Assembly (NCBI GenBank): GCA_964247055.1
Contig: OZ176052.1
Location: 1,116,001-1,180,000 of the forward strand
Origin: Paragordius varius
Taxonomy: Eukaryota; Animalia; Nematomorpha
DNA: 64,000 nucleotides
Direction: 5' to 3'
Below, piece by piece: positions 11,370-26,300 of the stretch. Position 1 is the first letter of the stretch, and the number at the start of each line of letters is the position of its first letter. The notes below the pieces were generated by a model. The model was not told where the DNA came from. It was given only the letters and a program-made list of their open reading frames with translations, and ran no database searches. The translations under genes were made by a program, and so were the position numbers.

Positions 11370-14300
11370 CTGAAAACAAATAATTTGATAAAAATTTAAA
11401 AAAAGCCAAAAAAATCATATATATACATTTAGGAAACTTAAATAAAGTTTGGTTTTTTGACTATTTTTGTATAAATTTACTACGTTAAATAGATGGCAAG
11501 TAACATATTATTATACTTTAACAATACAAGCAATCTGAAAACAAGCAAAAGTTAATGAATAAAACATAATCGATGAAAAAAATTACATTTGAAAAAAAAA
11601 AGCTAAAAAAAATCATCGAAAAATTAACATGAAATTTCGTTTTTTAACTATTTTTGTAACGTTAAAAATATGGCAAAACTTTAAAAATTTATTATACTCC
11701 TCTAACCAAACGAGCGATCTAAAAACAAATACACAGTAAAACACGCAAAAACATATTTATGGTTAAAAATTACATTTGAAAAAAAAAACAAAAAAATCAT
11801 ATACATTTGGGAAAACTTAAATAAAATTTCGTTTTTTGACTATTTTTGTATAAATTTACTACGTTAAATAGATGGCAAATTAACGTTAAAAATTTTAGTG
11901 TATAAGGAGAAGCCGCCATAATTCCGAAATAAAAAAATTAATTAAATCTTTCCCATTTTTCATATTTAACCAATACAGGGGAGGGTAATGAATATATTAG
12001 TATGACCGCGACTTTTTCAAAAAAATGACAATCTCAGACTTAGGTTAGAGCCTTTAAAGCTTCAAAATTGGTTTGTCTAAAAAAATATTTATCATAAAAA
12101 CGCATATTTGGGACAACAAAAAAAACCAGCATTACATAAATTAATCCAAAATTAGGTTTTAAAAAATATTAGAAAAACTAAATTATTAAAAATAATTATC
12201 ATAAAAACGCATATTTGAGACCGCCAAAAAAACCAGCATTATATAAATATTTTCCAAATTTTTATATAAGTTTGAAGATTTTAAAAAAACTAAATTGTCT
12301 AAAAAATTATTTAGCATAAAAACGCATATTTGAGACCGCCAAAAAAACCAGCATTATATAAATTTTCTAATCCAAAATTTTATAAAAAAAGTTTTAATAA
12401 AATAAAAGAAAAAAATTGTTTAAAAAAAATTATTTATCACAAAAACGCATATTTGGGACCACCAAAAAAACAGCATTATATAAATTTTCTAATCCAAAAT
12501 TTTAAAGTTTTAAGAAATAAAAGAAACTCTAAATTGTCTAAAAAAGTTATTTAGCAAAACGCATATTTGAGACCACCAAAAAAACCGCCTTATAAAATTT
12601 TTTTAATATAAAATTTTAAAGTTTTAAGAAATAAAAGAAACTTTAAATTGTTAATTAAAAAAAATTATTTATCATAAAAACGCATATTTGGAACCATCAA
12701 AAAAACAGCATTATAAAGATTTTCTAATCTAAAATTTTAAAGTTTTAAGAAATAAAAGAAACTCTAAATTGTCTAAAAAATTATTTATCACAAAAACGCA
12801 TATTTGGGACCACGCAAAAAAAACCAGCATTATATAAATTTTCTAATTCAAAATTTTAAAGTTTTAAGATAAAATAAAAAGAAAAACCTGGTAACTCCAA
12901 AAGCTGTAGCATACATCATATCATGACGCACGGGGTAAGGTATAAGCATGGGATATTCATGGACTAGGTAAGTACACCATTGAGGCATAGATACAGTACA
13001 TAGGGCTAGGGGATTCTATATATATATATATATATATTTATATTTGTTAAAAATTAAATTATAATCAAATAAATTCACAAATATAATTAAAATGAAATAT
13101 AAATGTTTTTTATGGATAGAAAAAAACAATATGTTTTATTTAAACAATATTTTTTAATCGCTAAAATGATTACATCAATTATGATATGTATATGATTGAG
13201 AATTTTACATTTTTAATTTTATATTTGGCAACCCACTCCATGAGAGATTTTATTATTAAATGTGGTTGTTTTGTATATATCCAAATTTTCACTTAAATTC
13301 GAAATACTTCAAAAAATTATCAAAAAACTTCAAATAATAGATTTATTGATAAACTAAAAATCTAAAGAAATACCCAGGTAATACGTTCAAAAAAAACCAT
13401 AAAAAATACCAAAATTTGGTGCATAATTTTGTGTGATAACTTTTTTGATAAAAATAATTCACGCATCATCATGGTTTGTAATTCATTTTCATTCGTTATT
13501 GTTTCAAAATTATTATTATTAGGGTTGTCATTTAAGGCGTATGGTTTAGTTGAAAAGGGTGAAGTTATGATTAAAACATCAGAAATTATATAGTATAAAA
13601 CTTTAATCAAGTCCAGGACAGTTTGTAAATGTTTATTGTAATTATTACAATTATTAATATTGTTAATATTATTATAGTTTGATTGAGGAAAAGATGGTAC
13701 ATTACTGTGTTTTTGTTGTGGAGTTTCGCTTGAAAAATCTGTGTTTGTGATATAAATATTTGCAACAATTAATAAAATCATAAATTTTATCAAACACTCT
13801 AATTGGGAATAATTAAATTTGGTTTAAAAAATATAATTTAGTATCACCAAAACCACAAAGAAATTTAAAATAGAGTGTTCAATGATTAAATAAAGTAATA
13901 ACATCTTACGAAATGGGACAGAGATAACAAAAAATGTTTTTTCTTCAATTATATTTAATATTGCTCAATTAATCCTACCAAAAAGTGTTTCAAAACCTCA
14001 ACACATAATTTTTTTCCCCTAATATAAAGATATTTAGAGCGCACATTTTTTTATACATAAAAAAAGATTATTAACCGAACATTATTAAAAATAAGTTACC
14101 TAAAGTTTGATTATTCTTTTCATCAAATTTATTAGTGGTATCTTGTTCATTGTTTAGAGGCGCCATTTTATAAACGAGTCGAAACATACACGGGTCCCAT
14201 ATCCGTTTAAGTTTTTCATTTAATGATATTGGCTTATTACTATTTTCATAATCATTATTGCAATCGCTATTTTCACCCGTAAAAGTTGGATAAAGTTTAT

Positions 14301-17300
14301 GTAGAATAAATTCTTGTATAATAGTGAATATGGTACATTTATCAAATGTGTCATTTGGGGTTAAAGGCAATTCTCCTAGTATTTTACGCCCATATATGGC
14401 TTTTAGGGTTAGTTCAATGTGTTTTTGTTGGCTATCAGAGAGTAAAATTGTAGATTTACCATTATTGAGATTAGAATTAGCATTGATGGTATGAGATGAC
14501 ATAAAATTGACAGTAGGGATTTCGTCTTGGTCCCCCCTTGTAATATCTGACATTTGGCTGTTAACCGATTGTGTTGTTGATGATAGTGATGATAATCCAA
14601 CAGGTGCCAATTCAAAAGCTATGTAAGAATTGTATGTATAAATTTTTTGAAAGTAACTAAATGAACTATAAAAATTTTAATAAAAAATGTCAAATTTTAT
14701 GATTTTTTAACAGTAAAATAATTTTTAATAAGGGATTTTATGCCAAAAAATTTACCAGTATATAACCTACAGCCGTGGTTCTTAACGTTTTTTTGTTCAA
14801 GGCCCACGAAACTCAAAATATGCGCCTCCTCTCTCAAAAAGACCAACATAAAAATGTGTAAAGTTCATTATAATATTATAAAAATCCCAATCAATGAGAT
14901 CCTTGTTTGTGCAATTTTATAAACTATCTTTTCCATATCGCAATGACAAATCTTGATAATTTTCACAACTGAAATCCTTCAATTTGCTTTTGGTTTTATT
15001 TTTTAATTAAATTTGGTAAATTTTTTGCGCTCCCTATTAAGAACCACTGAACTACAGTAAAAACTCCCTTGTACTTATAAAATGCCACATATTTTTCCAA
15101 AAAATAATATTTTGAATTAGTCCTATTCATTTATGAAGATGTCATCAAAATGAGAAGATTTTCAACTTCTTAGTATCAATTCTATAAAAAAACTTTTTTT
15201 TACAAAAGAAAAAAAAACACCATAAAATTGAAATATAAAAAAATCTAATTTTTATATCATACACACATTTTAGCATCATTGCTATATATATAGCTCATTA
15301 ACAGGTAAAAAAAAGATTTTATACGCAAGTTAGGATGTATGATAGACCACACATCTTTCATATCAATATCGTTAGTTTGTGGGGCATTATAACGCCCTGG
15401 TCTAGGGTCAAAAGCGGGCACAAGAGCTGAATACTTTCGTGTAAGGACATATTCAGAGCTCAATAATTGGCTTTGAGATTGTTGAGTTGTCACCATCGTA
15501 GTATTATTGGTATTATTAAAATTATTATTATTGTTTGGAATAATATTAAAATTGTTGGGATTAGTTTCTGAAAAATCAAAAACACAAAAAACATAAAAAT
15601 ATGTCAACAATATTATCGAGGCTTGCAAAAAATGAGGAAAAAATTACGCAAGTTATTATAAAGATTAGTATAAGCAAAAATATTTTATTGTCGAATATTA
15701 CTTAAAAAACGATTAAAAAGCTAAAATAATAAATGTTATAAAATTTAATTTTTTTCCTAAAACGTAACAACTGATATTAGTATTTAAAAACCCATACTAA
15801 TGTTTGTTACTGATATTTTTGCATTTCTTATCAATTTCTTTTAAAGATAACAAGGTTTTTTTTGAGGAAAAAAACCATTAAAATAAATCAAATCATTCCA
15901 TATTTTATAGATAGATATAAACCGCAAATTTAAATACCTTTTAATGTTAAATATTACGTTTTTGTTCCAATAACAATATAAAATATATGTAATATCATAA
16001 AAAATTTCTTACTAGGCGTACGCGTCTCACAAACTGCAGCTTTTGATGACAAAAAATAATTTTGAATTAATTTATTAATGGCTCCCCCACTCTGTTGATA
16101 ATTATTAGTGTTTACTCGTGTGGCGGCCATAAGCTTACGACGATCGGATGATATTAAAGTAGAATTTCCCATTGAACTAGTTTGTGGTTCTAAATATTTT
16201 GGATAAAATTTATTTATTAAAAATTATTCTTTAAAATATATATAATCTCTAAAAATGTTAAAATATTTTTAATTCAACATTGAAATACGATAAAAATGAA
16301 TAAAATATAAATTATATCCTACTCATAAAACTCTAACTAATCCATGTATGTTCCTTTATATTTATATTTTAATAGAAATAAAAAATACGATGATTTTCAG
16401 TTATTTAGGATTTATAAAAGCATAAGAAGACTAAAATTTGGAAATCGACAATGTTACAGTAAAAACTGAATTTATATGGATAAAACGAAAAACATATAAA
16501 TACAATATTTTTTCTAAAAAACAACAATCATACTTTTTTTAAATCTAAATTTTAGCCATATAAATTATTTATTTACATTTATATAATATATATAATTGAT
16601 TGTGTTACCAATATACATTTCTACTAATCCATACTTTGCAATTTTTAACAATTAATTATTTAACGTTTAAAATTTGAGTTAAAGAATATGGCTGTGGAAA
16701 AACCTATTTGACTTTATATTTTTACGTTTTGTCCCCGTATATAAGTTCAATTTTTACTGTAAAATTTAAATAAATTAAATGGTAAAAATTTGCATAACTA
16801 ATTGTATAATAATTTACTTTTTATATTGGGATTATGGTTATTTAAGCTATCAAACATCCTCAATTCTTCAGCATTCAAAATTATTTCCTTCGGTTCTGAC
16901 TTTGGATTGGTTGAGGATGTATTAATTGATAATTTATTTTTATTCGTAGAAGTTTTTTCTGATGGTATATCAAAATCTGAAGCCTATAATAAAAATTAAT
17001 AAAACTATTAATAAAAAATTAAAAATTAATTTTAAAATCGAGTAAAAGATATTTAAAAGTTAAATGTAAATATATATAATAGGAATGTAGGTTTTTATCT
17101 AAATTAAATTATTCAATAAAATTTATGGAAATATATTGTAGTATTACTTTGAAAGCCGGATTTATGGTTCGAGATGTAGATGGTATTTGTTCTGAATACA
17201 ACAAGTCTAAAAATGATATACAATTGTACATTTTTTAACATTTTAAAATTTATGAAACCGTAACAATATAATTCTTTTTTGATATATTATATTTAAGGGA

Positions 17301-20300
17301 AAATAGACCAGACAGATAATACTAAATTTTATTATTTAAAATCCAATTTTTGATTGATAAAAATATAAAAAACGAAGAAAATAATTATCTTTAAACCGAC
17401 GTCTCTCCCCCCCAATATGTTAAAAAAAGCAGATATTTCACCTATTTCATTCAAAGAGGTCGTCGTATTATCTTGGTGACTTTTGTTAGCGCTTTCATTA
17501 CAGGTAATACCTATCGTTTCATCAATCAAGGCTTGTATTAATGGGTGATGATGTCTATTTAGAGCCAAATTTTCATTAGTTTCAAGGGAATTATCATTAT
17601 TTTGCGTAAAATCTTGTTTAAAATCTTTATTATTGAGTCGTACAGTGGCAAGCAAATTTTGCATGAATAATGTTGATGAGGTAGGCATATTATGTTGTTG
17701 TTCATCCGCCGTAATATCTAAATCTTCTGCAGTCGTATTTGAATTGGTTGTATCAATTTCACCTTCATCATCCTCTCCGTCTTCATGTTCGGGGTAATGT
17801 CCCCCCTCTCCTAAGTGAACAAAAAAAACGGCGTTTTAAATGGTGGATAAAATAGTTTACAAAGGGAAAATACTGCAGGTAGAGAGTTAAAAAAAGAAAT
17901 TACCATATTTATTTTAAACTCAACACCCTTGAACATTCAATTTCACTCTTGAGCAGTTAAAAATTCACCTTTGTATAATATTCATTCTTGAACAATTTAA
18001 TTTTACACACACCCTTGAACAATTCATTTTTACATACGCTCGAACAATTAAAATTTACTCTACCCTTGAACAATTAAAATTCATTCTTGAACAATTCAAA
18101 TTACCTATTAAACAATTAAAATTCACCCTTAAACAATTTAAATTCACCTTTGAACAATTCAATTTTACACACACCCTTGAACAATTCAAATTTACATACG
18201 CTCAAACAATTCAAATTCACCCTTGAGCAATTCAATTTTACATACGCTCGAACAATTGAAACACCCTTGAACAATTCAATCTCACCCTTGAACAATTCAA
18301 TTTTACATACGCTCGAACAATTAAAATTTACTCTCTAACAATTCAACTGCCCTCTTAAACAATTCAATTATACGCTGGAACAATACGATTATACCCTGGA
18401 ACAATTCAATTTCACCCTTGACAAATTGACCCTAAAATGAATAAATCATGTGTTTTCAAGCTAATATAACTCAGGATTAATATAAATTATTTTTTTATAG
18501 ATTAGTTTATTATTTATATATCATGTAAATTAGTAACGAAATATCATTTCCTAAAAATATAAGAAAATATATGTAATTTTTAATATTTCCAATTACATAT
18601 AATTTGTTTTAGGATGAATTCGAATCGTTCAAGGGTGAATATTAAATATAAATGGTATATTGATATATTTTATAGTTAATTTTGGGCGTAAGAGCGAATA
18701 TTAATACATAATAATGATATATAAATTATGTTTCCATCAACTTCTTCAGATAATATATTAATATATTGATTTGATATTACGCCAAAAATTTATGGTACTA
18801 AATTCATCTTGTTCCCTGTCTTGAGAGTAATCTACTCCTAAGAAAAACGGTAAAAAAAGGTTCGAAAAAAATGTTAAAAAAAAATTAAAACTCTTCCATA
18901 ACTAAACTGAATTGGTTTTATTTTGAAAAAAACTGTTTTTCAGAAATATGGTTTGAATTCCAGTCAGAAACCGAAATAACGGTTCCAAAATTGTAAGGCT
19001 ATATAAATAATGTTTTGATAAATTTTTTACATTTTTACCGGTTTTATGTAGGAAAAGAAACGGAACATTTGTAAAAATATAGATTTAAATGATTAATTTA
19101 ACATCTAACTGATACTATTTTAAAAATATGATAAATCTTGTATAATTTTATTTTTTTAGTTAAACCGTAAATTTTCAAATGATATCTACTTCAAGATACT
19201 AGTTGAAAGTTCGCAAACTTGTGCAATTCAAAAATATTTTTTCAAATTTTATTTTAACAATCATAATATCAATCATATTACTATCAGTGGGAGATTCATC
19301 AGGATTTTGATGTCTTTCCTCAGGGAAGTACATTAAATTAAGGTCTAAATCTGCCCCATCATTATTTTCCTCGCCCTCGTTTTCATCACCTTCATCGTCG
19401 TCCATTTCAATCAAATTTTCTTGATTCATGTTATCTTGTAAGGAAATAAAAAAAATAGTTTTAAGTAAAAATTGAAATTATACACAAAAAAATTTCTAAA
19501 AAAAATGTAAAACAAAAAATTTAAATTATAAAGTAAGCCATATTTTTTTAAACCTGTAATATTCCCATATATAAACTATTTTACAATTTTGATAATATAA
19601 AAAACTAACAGTTTACAGCTCTATTCCCTATTTTAAAACCCAAAATCTCATGATGAATTATATAGAAAAAATCAACATTTTAAAAATATGGTCCTTTTAT
19701 AAGTTTTTCCTAGTTTTATATTAATTAAAATTTTGGTTGAGTGTAATTTAACAATTTATATCTCCGTGCCATCCCTATTTTTCAAAATCTCACGATAATT
19801 TATATAGTGAATAATCAAAATTTTAAATATATGGTTTTGTTTTTGAAAAAAATTTGTCCTTAAAGTTTATAAAAAAAATTAATTTTCCAATATATTTATA
19901 TTTTTGTTTTTTCCTACTTTCTTCTTGTAAACCTATTTTTAAATCCAAAATCATGATGAGTTTTATTTTTTTATAGATCAGGCTTTTATAAATTTTGTTG
20001 TCCTTTAAGTTTATACAAAAATTTTATTTTTCAATATATTTATATTTTTGATTTTTCCTACTTTCTTCTTGTAAAGCCGAAGATGGATCTCGTTCAACCA
20101 TAAAATTAATTAGTAAATCTTCATTGTTGGGGTTGATTTGAGCAGTCCTGTCATTAGTTTCATTATTAAAGTATTCATCAATATCTGTGTTCCTATCCTC
20201 TTCAGTTTGAATTAGGTCCAATAGGGTTGAAACAAATAATAGACCTATAATAATACATGACATGGCATAGAATGAATATATCATTAAACGTTTAGTAGTA

Positions 20301-23300
20301 TAGTAAAAATTAAACTACTTTTGGATGAAGAAAATAGTGTATAAAGATTTTTTGTAAAAAATTAAACTGAATAGGCATTGATAAATTTAACCTACAAAAG
20401 GTATAAATCAAGTAATATCTGTATAATATATAAATTCACGATAAAAAGTGGGATTTTTTAAAAAAATGGTAAAAAGTTGTTAATGTAGACATGTGTAGGT
20501 AATCTATGCATTTTGAAATATTAATTAACAAAATATACTACACTGGGAAACATGAATACTTACATTAGAAACTTGATTCAATAAAAAAATAGTAATTTGG
20601 ATCCTAGTAAAATTTATAAAATTAAACTATATTATGTATCAAAAATTTTGGGAATATAATTAATTTTATAAATTTTACGAATATTCAAATTACTTTTTCT
20701 ACATAACATATTAGTTCTCGTTGACAATATTAATTTAATTAAATCCTCTCCTTCGAAAAAAATGTAATTCGTCGTATATTTGTTTTCACAAAATTAATTG
20801 TATAAAGTATTGTCCAAATAATACATACCATTTGGAATTTGAATTCACCCTTGAAGAATTTAAAATTACCCCCCAAAAAATTGTGTTTTCAGGCTAATAT
20901 ATAACTCATCATTAAAGAGATATATTATTATGGCATAGTTATTATTTTTTCAGCATTACATTTTAACGAAATTTCATTTTTCAAAAACTATAAAAAAATA
21001 TAGGTAATTTTTAATCTTTTAAAAACACATAATTTATTTTAGGGTAAATTTGAATTGTTCGAAGGTGAATTTAAAGTGTACCTACTATATATTTTTAAAA
21101 GTTTAAACTTTTAAAAGTCACACTTCTTACCTTGGTGATTAGTATCTGTGCTTGAGGTAGATGAATTTCTTTGATTAGATGATGTCGTAGGGGCGACATA
21201 ATTATCAATCCTGTTTGTATCAACTATATCAATATTGTGTTATAATAAAAAATTATTAAAAAATATCAACTTTTTTATTAATTTCAAATATAAATATATA
21301 TTAATCCTTTAATTTCCAAGATTTTTTTGCCATATTTTAGCAAACTTATGAAAACCTTTTTACCTTTAGTATCGCGTGGTTTGAAATAAAGGAATTTTTA
21401 CCTATTGTGTGCCTTATATATTTACACACATTTTTTTCATCAATAGGTTATTAATTTACGTATATGTGACCATATTTTGTTGGAAAAAATTGGCCTTTTT
21501 TCATTCAAACAATGGTTAATTTTCAGTATTTTTAATATTACAAATTATAAAAGTTTTTTTGAATTTATGCTGTTTAATTTTTTACCAAAAACCTTTTGAC
21601 TGTATAAAATTTAAAAAAATTAATATTATTACAAAACTTGTAATAAGTAGTTAATAGTTTTATTGTCAACAAAACTTATTTGAGTGTAATAACTTTTTTT
21701 TCAAAAAATTTATAGCTTACTAACCATTTTTATCCAATTTTTTCACACTTATATCCTCATTAGGGCAGGTATCAAGAGAAAAGTATGAGGTTAAATCTGC
21801 ATTTGCAAAATTTTGTTGGCTGACTCCTACATTCATGTTAGATTTTTCTTGTAAAGTAAATTCTTTCTTCTGAGTTTGTTCGTTATTTTCACCCTCATCA
21901 TCGTCTTCAGATGAGGAAGTTGATATAAGAAATGTGCCTTTTTTCCCACCTACTATATATATATATATATATATGTCATTTACAATTAAAATTCACCCTT
22001 GAACAATTCAAATTCACCCTTAAACAATTAAAATTCACCCTTAAACAATTAAAATTCACCCTTAAACAATTAAAATTCACCCTTAAACAATTCAAATTCA
22101 CCCTCGAACAATTCAAATTCACACCCTTAAACAATTCAAATTCACCTTTAAACAATTCAAATTCACCCTAAAAATAAATTTTGTTTTTTCGAACTAATAT
22201 AACTAATTATTAATATGAAATATATGTTTATGGTATAGTTTATTATTTTTTCAGTATTATTTTAATTTAAAACATAATTTAGATTTTTTAATAATATATA
22301 AAATATAGGTAATATTTAATCTTAAAAAACTTATATTTTATTTGAGGGTGAATTTGAATTGTTCGAGGTATATCATTTACAATTTAAATTCACCCTTGAA
22401 CAATTCAAATTCACTCCTCAAATATTATATGTTTTTTAAAATTAAAATTTACCTATATTTTTATATATTTTTTAAAAATAAAATTATGTTTTTAATTAAA
22501 ATAATAAACTATGCCATAAACATATATATTATATATAAAATGAGTTATATTAGTTTGAAAACACAATTTATTTTAAGGATATATATGAATTGATTGAGGG
22601 TGAATTCGAACTGTAAATGGGATATAATGATTAATATTTAATGATTAAATAAATTAATGATTATGTTTTTTAAACTTGAATAATTTTGAGATAAATGATC
22701 AGCTTTTTTGTTTTAAATCTATTCACATTAAACTATTTTCGTAAATTAAAACCAATTAAATTTTTTGATTTTTTTTTGGGTGTTAAAAAAATGATTTTAA
22801 TTTAATAAATTTTGACAAAACTAAAGTAAACTATATATTTTACGGATGCAAGTTAAAAAACCAACGTTTTGAGGTTTGTTCGTTATAAACATTTTTTTAG
22901 CGGTTCTAGAAAAATTTTGGTTAAAATTCGTTTTTATACAAGTATGTATGATTCAAAGACACTGCATTTGTTATAATTTATGGTAAAAATACATACCATT
23001 TACAATTCAAAGTTCCCCTTGAACTAATATTAAATTCAACCTTCACAATTATCTTTACCCTAAAATAATTTATGTGTTTTCGAGTTAATATAACTCATAT
23101 TATTAATAAATATCTCTACGGCTTAGTTTACTATTTTTTTCAGTATTATATTAATTTCAAAATTTCATTTTTTAAAAAATAAAAAATATAGTTAAAATTT
23201 AATCTCAAAAAACACATATTATATTTTAGGGTGAATTCGAATTGTTCTAGGGTAATGGTATATATTGATGTTTTCATTAGAATTTTCAAAAAAATAACTA

Positions 23301-26300
23301 AAGTGTACCATTTTTTCGATTCCGTTGCACATTCAATTTCCACGATTCATTTTTGGTATTATTGACATTAGGCATCCTAACATATAAATATATTATACGA
23401 ATTTAGGAAAAATTAATTGGAAAAACATCTAAAGTATGATAAAAACCCAAAAAACGCATTACCGACTATCTTTAATTTTAAAAAATTAACATATTCTTTA
23501 ACTTTTTTTCAATTCTCTTCCATCAAAGTTTTTTTTAATTTTGCTTGTAATAACATATTATAAAAGTTAGAAAAATTACTTTCGATCGTTTTCATTCCAA
23601 CTTTATTTAATTAATCATTTATTGTTGTATTGAAAATTTTGCTATCTTTTTTGAAATATAATAATCTTTTATTTATAACTTACTTTTTTTGATAACTTAT
23701 TATACAATGATTTTTTCAATTTTACTGTTAATTAAAATTATACGGACGTAAACGTAAAATATAAAGACAAATATTTTTTTTAAAAGAGACAACCATAGTT
23801 TTTATTTTAAAACCTTAATTTATCCTATATAAACTATTTAATTACAATTATTAAATACATAGAATTGATTGTGTTAGTAATATATATATATATATCTCTA
23901 TTTCACTTTTTGTCATTTAAAACAATATGAGTTGTTATATTGCTATAAATCATCCAAGTTTAATAAGTATGGTTGTTTTTGCCTTTTAGAAAAAAATATT
24001 TGTCTTTACATTTTTACGTTAACATCCGTAAGTATAATTTCAGTTTTTACGTTGTACATATTGTTAATAACTTACTTTTGATTGTTGAATTTGCCTGAGG
24101 TGCCAGGTATGGATTGTTGCTCTAAAGATGAATATTGAGAGGATGGATAATTTTCTAAATGTTGTTGGTAGTTATCGTGACATGAGGCTAAAAAAATAAA
24201 AAAATTGCAAGGAAATTTTTTTATACAATAACCATATATAACATTTACAATTCAACTTCACTCATAAACAATTCAAATTCACCCTTAAAAATAAATTATA
24301 TGTTTTGTAAAATTAAAAATTACCTATATTTTTATATATGTGTGTTTAAAAAATAAAATTTTATTTTAAATTAAAATATTAGTGAAAAAATAATAAACTA
24401 TGCCATAGAGATATATTTAATATTAATAATGAGTTATATTAGTTCAAAAACACATTATTTAAGGTGATTTGAATTGTAAATGGTATATTACAACATAATT
24501 TTATATATGAATATACTACATATATAAAACTGAATTTCAGATCGAGGTTATATAAAATATATTAATAAAAGACAGAAATAGGAACAAAATGAAAACTGTA
24601 ACGACAAAATCAAAACTCAAAATCATTCATGTTATTATATATATATACCAAATTTTTTAACGCTGATGGTAAAACAATTAATAAAAGTTTGAATTTTTAA
24701 AACAAGTGTACTAATAGATGATAGGCGAAAAAAATCCAATTAAAAATTTGTTTTTACTTTTTATTTATTATTTTAGAATTAATCTTTACTATATATATAT
24801 ATATATATATATATCCTAAAACTACCCCGCCGTAGTTGCATTCGTAAATCCATGGCTAATTATAAAAAAGACCAAAAAAACCATAATCATAAAACTTTTG
24901 ATATTTTTTTTGGTTTCGTTTTAATTTTTTTTCCTTATCCTGACAAAGGTTAGACAATAACCGACTGAAAATTAGATATTTATTAAATAAATTAACTATT
25001 TATTTAGTTTTTAAAAAAATCATTTATACGCGTTTTTGCCATTTACATTAACTTACACCATATAACCGAAAATTAAATATTTATAAAATAAATTAACTAT
25101 TTATTAATTTTTAAAAAGAATCATTTATACGCGTTTTTGCCATTTACTTTAACTTATACAATTATAACGGAAAATTAGAATTTTATTAAATAAATTAACT
25201 ATTTATATTTAAAAAAAATCATTTATACGCGTTTTTGCCATTTTTAACTTATACAATTATAACCGACCGAAAATTAGATATTTATTAAATAAATCAACTA
25301 TTTTATTTTTTTAAAAAAAATCATTTATAAACGTTTTTGCCATTTTTAACTTACACCATATAACCGAAAATTATTTATTAAATAGATTAACTATTTATTA
25401 ATTTTTAAAAAAATTATTTATACGCGTTTTTGCCATTTACTTTAACTTATACAATTGTAACTGACCGAAAATTAGATATTTATTAAATAAATTAACTATT
25501 TATTAAGTTTTTTTAAAAAAATCATTTATACGCGTTTTTGCCATTTACTTTAACTTATACAATTATAACGGAAAATTAGAATTTTATTAAATAAATTAAC
25601 TATTTATTTAGTTTTTTAAAAAAAATCATTTATACGCGTTTTTGTCATTTTTAACTTATACAATTATAACCGACCGAAAATTAGATATTTATTAAATAAA
25701 TTAATTATTTAATAATTTTTAAAAAAATCATTTATACACGTTTTTGCCATTTTTAACTTATACAATTATAACCGACCGAAAATTAGATATTTATTAAATA
25801 AATCAACTATTTTATTTTTTTAAAAAAAATCATTTATAAACGTTTTGCCATTTTTAACTTACACCATATAACCGAAAATTATATATTTATTAAATAAATT
25901 AACTATTTATTTTTTTTAAAAAAAGAATCATTTATACGCGTTTTTGCCATTTACTTTAACTTATACAATTATAACGGAAAATTAGAATTTTATTAAATAA
26001 ATTAACTATTTATTTAGTTTTTTAAAAAAAATCATTTATACGCGTTTTTGCCATTTACTTTAACTTACACCATATAACCGAAAATTAGATTTTTATTAAA
26101 TAAATTAAGTTTTAGTTTTTTTAAAAAAAATCATTTATACACGTTTTTGCCATTTACTTTAACTTACACCATATAACCGAAAACTAGATATTTATTAAAT
26201 AAATTAACTATTTATTTGGTTTTCTTAAAAAAATCATTTATACACGTTTTTGCCATTAACTTAAACTTACACCATATAACCGACTGAAAATTAAATATTT

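Noticed and set aside
17901-18430. 21-bp repeats resembling a CRISPR array
   Set aside because: No unique spacers. Units are contiguous, lie inside inverted-repeat elements in eukaryotic introns, and there are no cas genes.
18150-22593. ORFs 18150-18338, 21932-22171, 22342-22593 with [14 protein letters not shown] repeats
   Set aside because: Translation artefacts of the 21-bp (7-codon) MITE units.
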